Shown here in pieces: positions 63,455-64,000 of a stretch of DNA of 64,000 nt. Position numbers and translations under genes: made by a program. This DNA is from Geosiphon pyriformis uo1 (Eukaryota > Fungi > Glomeromycota), in contig JAAOMT010000009.1 of NCBI GenBank assembly GCA_016748015.1, forward strand, positions 1,551,924 through 1,615,923, given 5' to 3'. Under the pieces are notes generated by a model. It was not told the DNA's origin. It saw nothing but the letters and a program-made list of their open reading frames with translations, and searched no databases. Within the stretch, counting starts at the first letter, position 1. Each line of letters opens with the position of its first letter.

Positions 63455-64000
63455 TATTACTCATAGAAATATAAAAAATATATTAGCATAATTATTAGCC
63501 AATCAGAAGTAAATGTAGTAAAATGTGGAATTCCAGGATTCCTCTCAGGAATTGCAAGATTCCAGGAATTTCAGGATTCCCAACAAGGAATTGCAAAATT
63601 CCAGAATTCTAGGATTCCTCTCAAAGAAATTGCAGGATTCCAGGAATTCCAGGATTCCTGTCGTGAAGAATCGAGAAATTGAGGAATCTCAATTATGTAT
63701 ATATAGCAGTAGTATTAGAAACAGAAAAGACAGAATTGATACCACAGAATTCTTAGCCTAGAAATGCAATCATCAAATAAATAATTATTTTATATCTCCA
63801 TCCAATTCCCCATTATCAACCCTTTATGTTGATAGTAATTGATACTTGACCATGCTAAAACAATAGCTCTTGATCACAGCTATTGATGGGATACTAATCT
63901 GCAAATTGCCTTGGCTTATTTCTTTGCTTTTTTTATTTACTTTTATTTCTTTTTTTCTTTATTTTATTTTGATTTGTTGTTATATACTAATTGAGAAACA
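63455..64000 (+). mobile_element. LTR of family C nested in the family A 3' LTR
   Basis: Begins TATTAC (TGTTAC with G>A); has a CCAAT box, GGAATTCCAGGATTCC tandem array and TATA; homologous to window positions 1-330. Confidence 0.8.

Overview
Eukaryotic, intron-rich fungal DNA. Gene content, short GT-AG introns and the TE families suggest Glomeromycotina/Mucoromycota (possibly Geosiphon-like); this is inference only. A CpG-containing island of six spliced housekeeping genes (29.0-47.2 kb) holds FPGS/MET7, tubulin cofactor E, an SFP1-like split zinc finger, GPI16/PIG-T, a SAM methyltransferase and RKI1. It is flanked on both sides by nested, decayed transposons: two copies of Gypsy family A (with dUTPase), one full Gypsy family B element with a 4-bp TSD, LTRs of two further families, two LINE fragments, an ORF1-only LINE derivative, a DUF6589-like DNA transposon and a pogo-like element. 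Repeat copies differ almost entirely by C>T/G>A transitions. The most unusual signal is a shared, non-canonical LTR-retrotransposon architecture in all three full elements (two divergent families). It has four parts: (i) an AUG-depleted leader carrying a Met-free in-frame N-terminal extension of Gag, (ii) a Gag-PR-RT-RNaseH frame that stops right after RNase H, (iii) integrase as its own +1-frame ORF with its own ATG, and (iv) an extra non-Env ORF3 that reads through the PPT into the 3' LTR. Splice-like signals could express the downstream ORFs.
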